This document shows positions 45,372 through 60,220 of a stretch of 64,000 nt of DNA, in pieces; within the stretch, counting starts at the first letter, position 1, and every line of letters starts with the position of its first letter. Made by a program: the position numbers and the translations under genes. Below the pieces are notes generated by a model, which worked only from the letters and a program-made list of their open reading frames with translations, ran no database searches and was not told the origin of the DNA. This stretch comes from the human T2T-CHM13v2.0 reference genome, Homo sapiens. The stretch lies in assembly GCF_009914755.1 (NCBI RefSeq), contig NC_060935.1, one strand, 5' to 3'.

Positions 45372-47031
45372 TTTGATGTGCAGGTAGCACAGAAAGTAAT
45401 TTTTCTTCAGTGATTTTTATAATTCATATTACACAAAATTTTGATAAAAATTAACAGTACATTTTCACTGCAGAAAAATATAAATGACCTTACCTTATAG
45501 AATTTTATCCATTATGACAAAAATTTAACCATATTAGTTCATATTCTATCTAAACTAGTGATCTCAACTGTCTGCAACCCACATTTATTTTTAAAAACTA
45601 ACTTCTAAGGTGCTTTGGAAAAAAATGGAAATGCTGCAAACCCACATGGACATCCACAAACATATCTATTGGCTCATGGATATTTCAAAGGATGGAGGCA
45701 AAATGTATGCCAAAAATAATTTTATATAAAAACAACTCATTAATTTTTAAATAAGAGAAGCTTTCCAATCCTATCAATGAATCCGAACTTTTTCCACTTA
45801 AAGCATACTTACATTGATTTCTTTTTATTGTTGTCATCCCTTCTTGGAAGCTCATGGCTAAGTTTTGCACTTTATATTTTCTCAAAGAGAATAAATTAAT
45901 ATTGATTTTCTTCACATCTTGTCAGCTCAAGTTTTATACACCTTATTTTGTTATGTCTATTATTTAGGTCTATTGTAATTGTGCTTTTATTTTGAGCATC
46001 AAGCTCATTTGGAATTGGGCCAGATAAAAATCATGCTATTGTTAATTAATTCAACTGTACATATTATGTTACATTTTATACTTATGAAATACGAGCCAGG
46101 TACATACAGAAAATCTGGAAGGACGGTAGGCAGCACTCATTTTAAAATTCTCCTTACCAAATCTGTCTACTCTGGCATTACAGGTTTAGCAGCAGAATTT
46201 AGAAGAATTCTATATGATCCAAGTAAATACAACATTTTTTTCAACTCAGGCTTTACTAATGATTGGCTCAACTCACAAGGTAGAATGAAGACACTATGCT
46301 GGTTACAACAGAGTTAACTTAGAAATATTCATACATACAAAACTATTACACAAAATAGGTTAATTACTTTAATTTTCAATCACTCTTCTTTCCTGAGAAA
46401 CTGATGAAATCCATTCACAAAACTGGTTAAGGAAATGATTTCTCTATCAGTTTTCTAGATGTTCTTATCATCTTCTCCATGTCCCTTGTTATTTTAATCC
46501 TATGGCCTTCTGTGTACTTGCTTAAGATTCCCTTTAGGAAGAGAAACAATCTTTATCAGTTGTATTGATAATGAGGCTTAAGTTCCTTCCCATGTGCAAA
46601 TAGCTGTTTACTATTGGAGAATGACTTCATTTTCTGTTTACATGGCCCTGAGATTTCCTGTCTCTCTGAAGTGCTGTGTGTTTTACAGTCAGCTAGCTAG
46701 GTACTCGGTCTTAGAATTATACATTTCATAAACCCATAAAGTATGTTTTTATCTCACAATAAGATTTATGATGAACTAGATAAGCATGGACAAAAAATAA
46801 CATCTTTCGTATATGGCTGCTGAGCAGTAAGCTAGGCTCTTCTGCTAGCTAAGTAACTACCCCCTCCCAGCAGCTTTTTGATTAAAAGTTCCGTCTCATC
46901 AAAATTACATTTTTTTACAGGTCAAAATGTTGCTTATAAATAATCAAAAATGCTGCTACACATCTTATTTTCCCTGGCTGGAATGCTATTCTGCTACATA
47001 TGCACATGTGCATGACTGTGAGTGCACATGA

Positions 47032-47100
47032 GCGCGCGCACACACACACACACACACAGTTGCACACACACTGTCACACACACATACTGTTGCTCACACA
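47032..47100. repeat. (GC)n(AC)n microsatellite
   Basis: GCGCGCGCACACACAC... Confidence 0.9.
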
Positions 47101-47109
47101 AACTTATTT

Positions 47110-47400
47110 CTCTAACTTTTACTTGATCTTTCTGAATTCAGCTGAGGTGTTCTTTATACCAAAAGTCTTTTAAGATCTTCCTGGTCTGGTTCAGATGCAC
47201 AATTTGTGGTTCTAAGGCATTCTTTGCACACATCTATTCGAACTCATCCTGTGGCTGTTGGTTTATTCGCCTTTCTCCCCTACTAGATCATCATACTGTC
47301 TGTGAAGAAAGAGAATGTGTATTTGCTATTGTTCTCTCAGTGCCCAGTATAGTGCCCTCTACTGAGCAGGGACCAAAAGCATTTGTTGAATGAATACATA
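47110..47400 (+). mobile_element. L2 3' end
   Basis: CAGTGCCCAGTATAGTGCC...ATTTGTTGAATGAAT. Confidence 0.7.
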
Positions 47401-47799
47401 ACTGAATTAAATATGGGGATACTGATAACTGGAGAAAAGAACAAAGAGCTTACTTTTTTAAATGAAGAATACTATTTATCTCATAGAGCTCTTACCATAT
47501 TTAAATTATTTAAAATGTTTGAGTAGTACCTGGCACATAGTAAGCTTTATGTAAGTGTTAGCTATTATTATTAGTAGTAAATTTAGTGATTTGGGATATT
47601 AAGAAATATTATAGCACCCAAATTTTGATACGAGAATCAGGGAATTGGAGTTGAGGATGCTAGTAGGGGTCAGGGATTGAAATGAAAAAAAAAAAGTGTT
47701 AACAAAACCTTCTATTTCTGTGATCTTTGTGACAAGCTCAATCCAAGGTGGTTTTTTAATTCACCAGTAGTTCATTAATATATTATTATTAAAATTCAT

Positions 47800-49595
47800 A
47801 TTTTTCAAAAAGTTTTAAATGAATAAAAATAGATGTGTATATGTTGGGGATACATGTGATAATTTAATGCATTCATATAAATTGCAAATGTCCAATCAAT
47901 ATAGTTGGAATATCTATCAGCATTAATGTTTGTCTTTTATTTATGTTAGAAACACTGGATTATTCCCTTCCAACTATTTTGAAATATAAAATAGATTATT
48001 ATAAACCATATTCAACCTACTGATGTATCAAACAGTAGGTCTTATTTCTTCTATTGAACTGTGTATTTGTACCAATTAATCAACCACTCTTTATCCACCA
48101 CTTCCCTTGCTGGCCCCTGGTAACTACCAATCTGGTCTGCATCTTTATGAGAATCACTTTTTTAGGTCCCACATATGAGTGAGAACATGCTATATTTATC
48201 TTTTTGTGCCTGGCTTTCCTTGCTTAACATAATGTCCACCAGTTCTATCCATGTTGCTGCAAATAACATGATTTTGTTCATTTCATCATTGAAAAATATA
48301 TTATTGTATATATGTACCACATTTTCTTTATGCCTTCATTCATATTGGGTACTTAGGTTAATTCCATATTTTGGCTGTTGTGAATAGTGCTGCAATAAAT
48401 GTGGGGATGCAGATATTTATTTGATGTATTGATTTATTTTATATATATACTCTATATGTATTTATATATACTATATATATAGTATGTGCATATATATAGT
48501 ATATGTGTGTATATATATACATCTATATCTATATCTATCTAGTAGGAGAATTGCTGGATTATAGAGTAGTTCTATTTTTAGTTTTTTGAGGAACCTCCAT
48601 ATAGTTTCCCACAGCAGCTGTACTAATTTACATTCCCAAAATGTACTAGGATTCCACTTTCTCTAAATTCTCACCAGCATTCATTATTCCATCTTTTGGA
48701 TAAAAGCCATTTTAAATGGGGTGAGATTATATCTCACTGTGGTTTTTATTTGCATTTCTCTGATGATTAGTAATGTTGAGCATTTTTTCATATAACTGTT
48801 GTCCATTTTTATGTCCTCTTTTGAGAAATGTCTATCCAGATCGTTTGCCTATTTTTTAATCAAATTATTTAAATTTTTTTGCTACTGAGTTGTTTGTGCT
48901 TCTTTTATATTTTGGTTGTCAGATGAATAGTTTGCAAATATTTCTTCATTCTGTGGGTTATCTCTTCAGTTTGTTGATTATTTCCTTTGCTGTGCAGAAG
49001 CCTTTTCATTTCATATATTTGCATTTGTCCATTTTTGTTTTTGTTGCCCATGCAAAACATCTCTGCCCAGAGCAATGTCCTGTAACATGTCCCCAGTATC
49101 CTTATATTAGTTTCATAGTTTCAAGTCTTACATTTAAATCTTTAAGTCATTTTGATTTTGATATTTGTATTTGGTAAGAAATAAGGATCTGTCTTCATTC
49201 TTCTGCATATGGTCATCCAGTTTTTCCAGCACCATTTACTACACAGACTGTCTGACTGTCTTTCCCCATTGCAGGTTCTTGGCACCTTTGTCAAAAAATG
49301 AGTTAACTGTTAATGTGTGGATTTTTATCTGGGTTCTATATTCTGTTCCATTGGTTTATGTATCAGTTTTTATGCTAAGACCATAATGATTTGGTTACTA
49401 TAGATTTGTAGTATATTTAGAAGTCAGGTAGTATGATGCCTCCAGCTTTATTCTTTTTGCTCAGGATTGCTTTGGCTGTTTGGGGTCCTTGGTGATTCTG
49501 CATAAATTTTAGGATTTTTAAAAAATACCTGTGAAGAATTTCATTGATGTTTTGATATGGATTATGTTGAATATGTAAATTGTTTTGGGCAGTAT
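47800..49595 (-). mobile_element. L1MA-group element (3' end and part of ORF2)
   Basis: GGGGATACATGTGATAATTT; CCCACATATGAGTGAGAACATG; GAAGTCAGGTAGTATGATGCCTCCAGCTTT. Confidence 0.9.
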
Positions 49596-49869
49596 AGCAG
49601 TTCTCCCCATGCTCTTCTCGTGATAGTGAGTTCTCATGAGATCTGACAGTTTTAAAGTGTATGGTGGTTTCCTACTCACTCTTGCTCTCTCTTTCTCTCT
49701 CGCCGCCTTGTGAGGTAGGTGCTTGCTTCTCCTTTGCCTTCTGCCATGATTGTAAGTTTCCTAAGGCCTTCCCAGCCGTATGGAACTTTGAGTCAATTCA
49801 ACCTCTTTTCTTTATAAATTACCCAGTCTCAGGTAGTTCTTTATAGCAATATGAAAACAGACTAATACA
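49596..49869 (+). mobile_element. MSTA-like LTR, 5'-truncated
   Basis: GCCTTCTGCCATGATTGTAAGTTTCCT...AATTACCCAGTCTCAGG...GACTAATACA. Confidence 0.85.
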
Positions 49870-50170
49870 GGACGTGATCCATTGAGTCACACTTGAGAGG
49901 TTGTCACTACAGTATATCTGCACAGTTCATGTCAAGTGTGGGGGTCAGTGAGCAAGTCAAGTACATTATATCTAAATGTTTCAGAGGAAGGTGGTCACCA
50001 GGAGTTGATTGTATAAGGCAGATATCCGATCAGCCACATTGAGGACCTGGGGTGAGGCAGGGCACTTGAAACTGTGTCAAGGATGACTAAACTCTGCTTC
50101 TGGTATGAGAAAGTGAAACCTCTATTCAAAATAGATGTGAAGGCAACATAAAATTATTGAAATTCACTGC
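49870..50170. mobile_element. Old LTR fragment (MER21-like; tentative)
   Basis: AAACTGTGTCAAGGATGACTAAACTCTGCTTCTGGTATGAGAAAG...GGCAACATAAAATTAT. Confidence 0.45.
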
Positions 50171-50909
50171 ACATATGTACCATCATCAGTGTGAATTAAC
50201 TTGATGAATTAACTTGATCCCAAAGAGAAGTCAATTGGCCACAGTTAAGGAGGAAAATTCAAAATGTCTTGAATTGTGTTGTTGGACACATTTATTTCCA
50301 AAAATAAATTGTTTAGCTACTACATATCTTTTTAAAGCACATATGAATTTATTATTATTTCATTTCCTCCTTAAGAGTCTGACTCAGAAAATTCCTCTAT
50401 ATGCTCAAAAGTTTGCTTATATGATACTTTAACAAAGGAAAATGAAAGAAAAACAAAATACATGACATTTTTCAACTACTCTTTTCTCCCCAATACTTCC
50501 CAAATGCATTTTAACTATTGCCATTCAAAAGTGCTTTTGTCATCCTAACCTGTCAAATCTCACACTGGAACACAGACTTTTCCAATGTTTCCTCAATTAG
50601 CATATATCCACTAACACTTTGAAGTTGTAATCAGCAATACTAACTAGTGCCCAACTTGGTTGATTTGGTAAGAAAATACAGTTAGTCAAACTCTTTAGAA
50701 TTATATCTAAAAAAGCAACAGCTTTTTAGAATTTTTCATTTTTTGAATAGTAGGTCATAATACAATAGAAATAAGGATTTTGGAGAAAATGTGCTAAACT
50801 TGTTTTCATTTCCATGTGTTTCTATGGGTGTCAGAATGTAATTTTCTGTTTATACCACATATCATTTTCTTTGGCCTTGGTCATTGTTTACTAAAAGATA
50901 TATAAAATC

Positions 50910-51279
<370 letters not shown>

Positions 51280-51329
51280 CTATATACATATTTTGTGTTG
51301 AGGAAGAGGCAACTTTGTTGATTATGTTC

Positions 51330-51445
51330 TCACCCTTCCTCCCTCTCTTTCCCTGCCTTCCTTCCTTCCTTCCTATTCCCCCTTCCTTCCTTTCTTCCCT
51401 CCTTCCTAACTTCTTTCCTTTCTTCCTTCCTTTCTTTTTTTTCCC
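51330..51445. repeat. (CTTC)n-type polypyrimidine low-complexity tract
   Basis: CCTTCCTTCCTTCC repeats. Confidence 0.85.
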
Positions 51446-52101
51446 TCATTATCAACTGTTGTTTATGTTCATGATCAGCTTTTTTTTTTTTAAAGAGAGA
51501 GTTGTTTCTAAAGGATGCATCATAAAATAAATATTATGTGACCCACTGCTAAAAGATGAGTGATGAGTCCTTATTGCAAAGACCAAGACTTAGGAAGACA
51601 GGTGTCGTTCAACATCAGTGCAACCGTCTCTAACGAGACAGGTGAAGTGGACCATGTAATAGCAGAGTGTCCAGAAAAAAGACTACAAGGAGAGAAAAAG
51701 CTGAAATCTGATTTAGGTTTCTTGTTTGAGCTCTCCCTATATAATTTGGAGCATTTTTAAAGAACTAGATATGACCACACTTCCATTTTACCTTCATAAT
51801 ATAAAAATCTTCCAATAGAAAAGTTATTAAAAATGGTCAGATAGAAAACTTTTTTAATGGAATACAAAAAGTTTCTGAACTTTTTCAATAATAGTTTTTT
51901 CCTTTCACAAAGTGTATGGCTTTAATCTACTACTGGGTTCGCTATAAGCATCATTTTTTACTCATGTGTGACTAGGCTTTTCAAAGCCCATTTTTCAAAA
52001 TGGATGTATAATAACATAATAAAAAAGATTTTTTTCCTGGAAATTCTATTTTTAAGAAGCGAGGTTGGCCTTGTGTAATTGTCTTTTCTTCTTTTTTCTT
52101 T

Positions 52102-52406
<305 letters not shown>

Positions 52407-52781
52407 TCTTCTTTTTTCTTTATGGCTAGTCTTAGTGTGGTTGACTGTTATTTTTCATATATTCTTGCTAAACTCTTAGCTAATATAACATTGATTTCTT
52501 CTGAAGTTATATGTTATTGTAAATTGGAAGCATTTTTCACATCAAATGATATACTGTTTCTTTACTGTTGCTAAAATTTTTAAAGAAGATGGATCGCTAA
52601 CATGGTGGAATATCTATCAAAAGTTCTGGTGCCATCCACAAAAACAGGATCACAGAAATTTGCAAGAAGGGTATTTTAGTTGTCAGACTGCACAAATAAT
52701 ACTTTGTGAAGCAGTGTAGAAACTTCAACTTACTCTATTTTCTCAGCCTAAATAAATGGTTAGAAAAGGGGTGGTAGCTTC

Positions 52782-53156
52782 TGCTATGGCTTGAATGTAT
52801 GTGTTCCCCAATATTCATATATTGGAACTTAAGACCCAATATGATAGTATTCAAAGGTGAGGCCTTTAGGAGGTCTTTAAGTCATGAAGATGGAACCCTC
52901 ATGAATGATATTAGCAACCTTGTAAGGAAGCTGAAGGGAATTAGCTAGACCCCATTTGCCCTTCTGCCTTCTGCCATGTGAGGATGTAACAAGGTGTCAT
53001 CCTGAAAGAAGAGACCAAGTCCTCTCCAGACACTGGGCCTGCAGATGCTTGGTTTTTGACTTCTTAGCCTCCGTAACTGTGAGAAATAAATTTTTGTTCT
53101 TTATAAATTACTCAGTCTCAGGTATTTTGTTATAGCAGCACAAATGGACTAAGATA
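52782..53156 (+). mobile_element. MSTD/MLT1A-like MaLR LTR
   Basis: TGCTATGGCTTGAATGT...TTTGTTATAGCAGCACAAATGGACTAAGATA. Confidence 0.85.
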
Positions 53157-53656
53157 GCAACCAAAGGGCAATAAATCTAGAAATCCCTAAGGTGGAATCC
53201 AGGGCCAATTTTCAGAGCCAGGTTGAGGGTGAGATGCCTAGGGCACAACATTTGAGGAAGTGTCTTATCAAACTCCAGACCTTAGTTGCCCCTCAGGCTT
53301 TACCCTAGTCCCAATCCTGCTATGGCTGTTCTCGGATCACCATTTTCAAAATTTCTCAGCACCTCATTATTGACTCTTCTGTACGTCTAAATAATAAAGT
53401 TTCAATAAAAGATAGGATACATTTCAGGGAAGAAAATTTTCATCTTTCCATGGAAATGCGAGAATCCTGTACTCAATCATTTTTATCTTCACATTTTATA
53501 TCCACATACAAAGATGCAAAATAGCATAAGGTTTAGTAATGAGTGTTTTCTAGAATAGATTAATCCAATCCTAACAATTGTAGGGCCTAGCCAAAGTTCA
53601 AATTGAGGTCACATGCCATATATCTAAATGGGGAAGTGTTGCAAGCTAAGAAACTA

Positions 53657-54352
<696 letters not shown>

Positions 54353-54819
54353 TCATATTTACCTTTAGAATGCTCAAACTCTTTGGAGTTCTGCACTGAA
54401 ACATGGAAGCATGAAGAGATATGGCTGCTGGCCTCTGGACTATGACCCACCTCCATTCCTCCCCGACTCTGGATGTGTCTTGAACCATCAGAGTTTTTTT
54501 TATACATATGTACAGAAGCCCTTAGCATACATGTCCAAGCTTTGTCATACCTGGGGGTCATATCTGATGGTGCAGTCAGTTCTTTGGAGACATCAGTAAA
54601 CCTCAAAGTAGGGGCAGGCATGCTTCAGCTGGCAGGGGCAATTCTGGGTGCTAGTTGCTAGCAGTATGGTTCCAAAAGGAAGGCATCAGGTCCAAGTGCA
54701 TAGAAAGAAGCTTGGTGAGAGGAGGACTAGAGAGAGACCCTCTAAAAACAGGGCCAGGGCAGGGGACCCTTTTCCTTGAGTCTGATGGTGATGCTGCAGG
54801 TAGACCTTAGTTTAAATCT

Positions 54820-55200
54820 TACTCATCAATTAAGAGCTGTGTTTTCTCAGACAATTAACTTTACCACTCGAAGGGTTGGTCTGGCGCCAGAATGTCCCAG
54901 TTTGAATTCCTGTTCCACCAAGTAGCAGTAAGACCTTGTGCAAAGTAGTTCATCTTTCTGCCCCTCAGTTTCCTCATCTGAAAATTGTAGATAATCATGG
55001 TCCTTACCTCCGAGGGTTATTATGATGGTTAAGCAAGTTCATACTTCTAAAATGTTTAGCATGCTTTCCAGCACTAATAAGCACAATATGTTTGTTTAGA
55101 AAAGTAAAATAAATAGTCTTAATTTGTAAAAATGAGGAAAACTGTGTACCTCATAGAGTTGTTGCAACCATTAAATAAGGTAATAATTACAAACTACTTA
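54820..55200 (+). mobile_element. MIR elements (one nested in another)
   Basis: CCTCAGTTTCCTCATCTGAAAA core; TACCTCATAGAGTTGTTG. Confidence 0.7.
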
Positions 55201-58200
55201 TGTAGTATTGTTACCTGATAATAGGAAGTGTACCAAAGTATTACTTATAAAAAAGTAATGAGAATATAACTCCAGAAATATATTTTTAAAATTGAAAATT
55301 ATTTTTAAATTTTCACTGTTATGTATTATATGTGTATATATTGCCTTTTCTTTGAGGATCAACAGTACTTCTAGCAAATTTGTCTGGTTTTGCTTAAAAG
55401 TTCAAAAATATGAGTATTCTCCTTTTCAGGATTTATGTGGTTTTCCATGAATAATTCAAATAATTGTAAAGCCTTATTTTATTTTTGTTATTGGGAACTA
55501 ATCCATTTACTTAGTCCATGGACACTTATTGTATGTCCAGTATGCTGCAAAAGTGCCAGACATTTTGTTTCATGGTGACATACAGTGGGCTTGTAAGTTA
55601 TCATTAGCCAAATACATGAGCTCAAGCTTTTTCTCTCCAAAGCAGTCTTTTCTTCTCTCCATTTATTTTTCTTAAAAATGAAGAAGAAGAATTTAACATT
55701 GACTCAATGTCCAGAAATGACAGATAATAGCAGATGTAATTTCTGATTTTCGATATTAGAAAATGTCAATCTGTCTTCCTAAAGTTTCCAGCATTGTCCT
55801 TATGCTTAACTTGGGTGCAGGCATACAATAATTTGTAAATATTCAGTCTTAAGAATACTGTTCGTATATTGTTGAAAATTTTAGATTAGAATATCATCCA
55901 AAATTTATTAGATGAAGTTAAAAATATTGTCCAATCTTTTAAAAGCTATTTTTTGGGGAAAAGCCTAACTATGGAAATGAATTATACGCTGTAGTATTTT
56001 TATTCACGCCTTCAGCCTTGTAAGTTATAAGTAAGGTTATTTTGAATTATTCATTGGAGATATATCTGTATCATCTGTATCTATATCCATCTTTAAGCAC
56101 TTAAGTTTTCTAACTCTTCTGAATTTAATAGTCTTATTGGCAACTATTTTCTGAATACAATCACCTCTTTGTCCTCAAAACAGAAAATCTCTATATATTT
56201 CAAACTGAACTCCAGGTTCTATTATGTGTCATCAGTGAAAGGGCACATGTGCAGCACACCGAGATATAAAGGCCTATAAAATTGAGACAGATGCATTTGA
56301 GACAAAGCATATACTTCTCACACCAGGGGTCAACAGGAAACTGAATCCTAGAGTATATGAAAAGTTAATCTTTCAAAGATTCATAAAACATTTGAACATA
56401 TTTTCTCAGTGATAACTTTTTGACCAGCTTGAGGCTTAAACCAGTTCCCAAATTCCAGATTTGTGTTGCATAGCATTTCTGCCTAAAATGCAATCAATAA
56501 AGTCTGGCATTACCCTAGTAAAAAAAATTGTTACTCTCTATTTTAATGCTGTGTTCCCCAGAAAATGTTTCCCATAAAATGAGGATTAAATATAACAATT
56601 TTTGAGGTACACGTAATCCTATGCCCATCACTGCTTAAGATTCCTGTCTTATAGTCTAATTTTATGATGAAGACCATGTTTTAGTTAAACTAATGTTAGT
56701 TTCTGTAACTGGCAAATCCAAAAATGATAATAGCCCAAACATAATTGATGCTTATTTCATGTTCAAATAAAGTCTAAAAGAGGTTTTTCTGATAGGTAGG
56801 TAGCTATTCTCCAATTTGTGATTTGGGGAATTAGCATCCTTCTAACACATGGGTCTGTAATTGAAAAGTGGTCTCCATGATCACAGTGCTAGTCTGTGTC
56901 AATCTAACAAAAGGGAAAAGAATATCAAGTTTTCTGGATTGGGAGTGTGTTATAGACCAGGCCTAGAAATGGCTTCCATCTCTTCCTTCAAATCCTATGG
57001 CTAGAACTCTGTCACATTACCACAACTAATTGCAAGGGAAAGTAAGAAATGTAATATAGCTGGATGCCCAGAAGGAGAGAAAATGTGTTTCATTTTGTAT
57101 TAGATGAAACTGACACCTCCAGAAAGCTATAGAATGTTCTAAAAATAACAGTTAAACTTTTAAATTAAAATAATGTGTTATAATTTGGAAACTATTTCAT
57201 ATAAGCTAATAGTTGTTTTAATATAACACATATTCAACATTATGTGATTAACACATAATTAATCATGGAAGTCATGTCCATGTATTAATATGATGCTATA
57301 ATAATTTGATTAAGTGAAAGAAAACATAGGAAAGCACAGATTTAGGTCAGAAAAATTCCTTGATAACTATTAGTATAATTAAAGGGAAGTAGACCTGTTA
57401 TGCTGCATATCTTACAGTTTCATTTTTTTTTTAAGAATAGGAATGAGGCACTGTAACATCAAAAGGGCCAGCATGTGACCGTGTATAATTAGGGTATAGT
57501 CAGTAGATGCCGAGGGAGGGGCATTCAGTAGGAATAGAGGGGAAGAACCACTATGGTGGTTAGAAAAGAATTCCTGACATTCCACTGAAGACAAATCTAC
57601 CATGGACAGAAAAACAAGCAAACCAATAGGTTGGTTGTACAAAATCTTGGGAAAACAGTATGAACTTGAGAATCTTAACAAAGGAACCAACAATGAGTAC
57701 ACAGTCACCTTGGATAGGGGTGCATCTTGTGCATAGCATAAAAGCATCTTCTCAAAGGACACACAGGAACTGAAATTTTGCCTGTGCTCTTCTGGCTTAA
57801 CTTTTTGCTCAGAACAAGTATGGGCCAGAAAGGAGATGGGAATATTCTCCTTACAGAGGCTTCCCTGTCATCTCCTGAACAACTAAGTTGATAGATGTGG
57901 CAGATATTCTTCTTATTCATCCATTTAAGAAGCGGGGACATTTTTCCATTCTACATAAAAGTTCATATGGGCTATTGAAGGCCCTGGATTGGAGTGGGTA
58001 AGACGGAAGAGAGTGGCCTTTTGAACTTCCACGTGGTTGTGATACTTTAGAGGAAGCTCAGGGAATCTCAACAGTTTTAAATATTTGTGCTCTCTAGTTT
58101 TCTCACTTGTAAAATGACAGTGGACAAGATAATTTTATAATCCTTAAATTTAGTAAAATATATTACGTATTTTCTCAATCTGGGGTCAACATTTGATGTG

Positions 58201-58737
58201 AGTTAATGTTTAAGATTAAAGTATTTGGTTAATTTATGGAGTTATTTATTTTCTAACGTATCATATTTAATTTTTAAAAGTAGCAATTCAGAACCAAAGA
58301 AAATTTAATTATGCTGCCCAGAGGGATATTTTTTGTTTCTCGTTTGATTTTTCTAAAAGATTAGGAGACTGATTTATGTATTTTATTTAATATGACTTAT
58401 TTAAAGTTTGAAATATTAGAAATGTTATTATAGATTTATTGTATTCTTTGAAAACTTGAAAATACTGGGTTAATACATGCATTAGTTAGGTCCTTCTACA
58501 GTCAAAAAATATGAGTGGTTTAATTATATAATCTTTGTTCAAGTCCAGAGATCTCGAGTATTTTTTAACCTGAATGAATCTACTATTATTCATTGTCATA
58601 ACTTCAGGGACAAGAACATCACAGCTAGACTCAGTGTCCCATATGTCCATCTTTCAGTTATGAAAAACACTAACATAAGAGATATTTAATAATTTTGTCT
58701 GCTGTTCTTGAGCTGAAAACATTATTCATTGAAAATT

Positions 58738-58873
58738 GGCTGCCAGATTAAAAAGATTACAAATTTTTGAAAAAAAATTGGGACATACTTATAACAATTT
58801 GCCTTGCTGTTTATCTTAAACTCAAATTTAACTGGATACCCTTTAATTTTATTTGCTAAATCTGACAACACTA
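58738..58873. mobile_element. MER53-like hAT MITE
   Basis: CAAATTTAACTGGATACCCT...TTTTATTTGCTAAATCTGACAAC with inverted ends GCTGCCAGAT/ATCTGACAAC. Confidence 0.6.
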
Positions 58874-60220
58874 GTAAAAACTAAACTTATGATTTTGAAA
58901 TGAAAGAATGACCAATCTCTTTTAGTGGACTCAGATATTTAAAATTTAAGTATACAAATTAAGACAATAATCGGTATTTACTTCCCCTTTATCACAATGC
59001 TCAAGGGAGAATATTAAGAAAAAAAAGATCACTTTTTTGTAAGATTATTTAATAAGTGGGCAGATATTCAGAGGCCACACAACATGAGCAAAGTAAAAAA
59101 CAAGGTTTATAACATGTCTCTAAAATAAGAAAAGTACTGTTTTTTTTCCTCTGAACTTTATAATTTATGTACCTATGTTACTGAGAATCCATATCATGGC
59201 ATCTTCTTTAATCTTTCTGTTATTTTGAAAGTATCACATGTGTTTACTTTATTTAAAGTATATCATTTCATTACTACCTTCCTTTCTTTTCTGATTGGTC
59301 TAATCATTAATAAGTTGTTTTTGTTTAGATTGGCTTCCCTTCCTACCTGTATGCCTTTACCAATCCCCCCGCTTTTTTTTTCAAGGATATTGTTAACCCA
59401 TTGTAGTTATCCCTTCCTTAAATCTTACACTTACCATTTTGTTTCCTTAACTTATGATTGTCAATAGTGTTCTATTTCTTTCTTAGCATCACTAACAAAG
59501 CATAGCATCTTCCAAACAATGTTTTACTTTTTAATACTTGGCCAATACTATTTCTAGTGCTCTAGAACACACATTATTCTCTTATTTCCTGCAATATTGA
59601 TTCTATCTTCAATTCAGTCCTTTCTGTAAGGCAGGTATTATGGCTCAGGAACCCCTAACTGAAGGATTGCTTGAGGTGTTGGAGCATATGCTGAACAACA
59701 TTAATGAACAACGGTAGGAGTCTAGGAAAGAAGATAAAAGAATTTGTTTTTGCTCTTTTATAGTCTATTTATTACAAATTAGTAGACTTATCTTTTTGTA
59801 TTTCACTTAGGCTTTTGTTCATTTCTTCTGCAAACACTTTCCTCACTTTGGAGATTCTACCAATATTGTCTTAAAGTTCAACATTTCATTTTACCTTTTG
59901 TAGGACGCCTTTTTATCAATAAATTCTTAAAAAGCTTTCAGTCTGTACCACTCAACCCAGCATTGAACAATGTTGTTAGATACTTCCCTCTCTGCTGTTT
60001 TCATCTACTCAATCCCTTGATAGTTTCCTTCCTCCTTAGTTCTAGCTCTTATCACTTTTCCTGCTGCCCCCAAACAAACAGACTGACCCTTTTATTTTCA
60101 GTTTGTATAAAATCACTCTATAAAATTTAAAGAAACATACTACAATTATATGACTTTCACAATATAGAGTTGCACTGTGATTCATGATGCATTGTTTAAA
60201 AATCTGACTGAGATAGCAAC

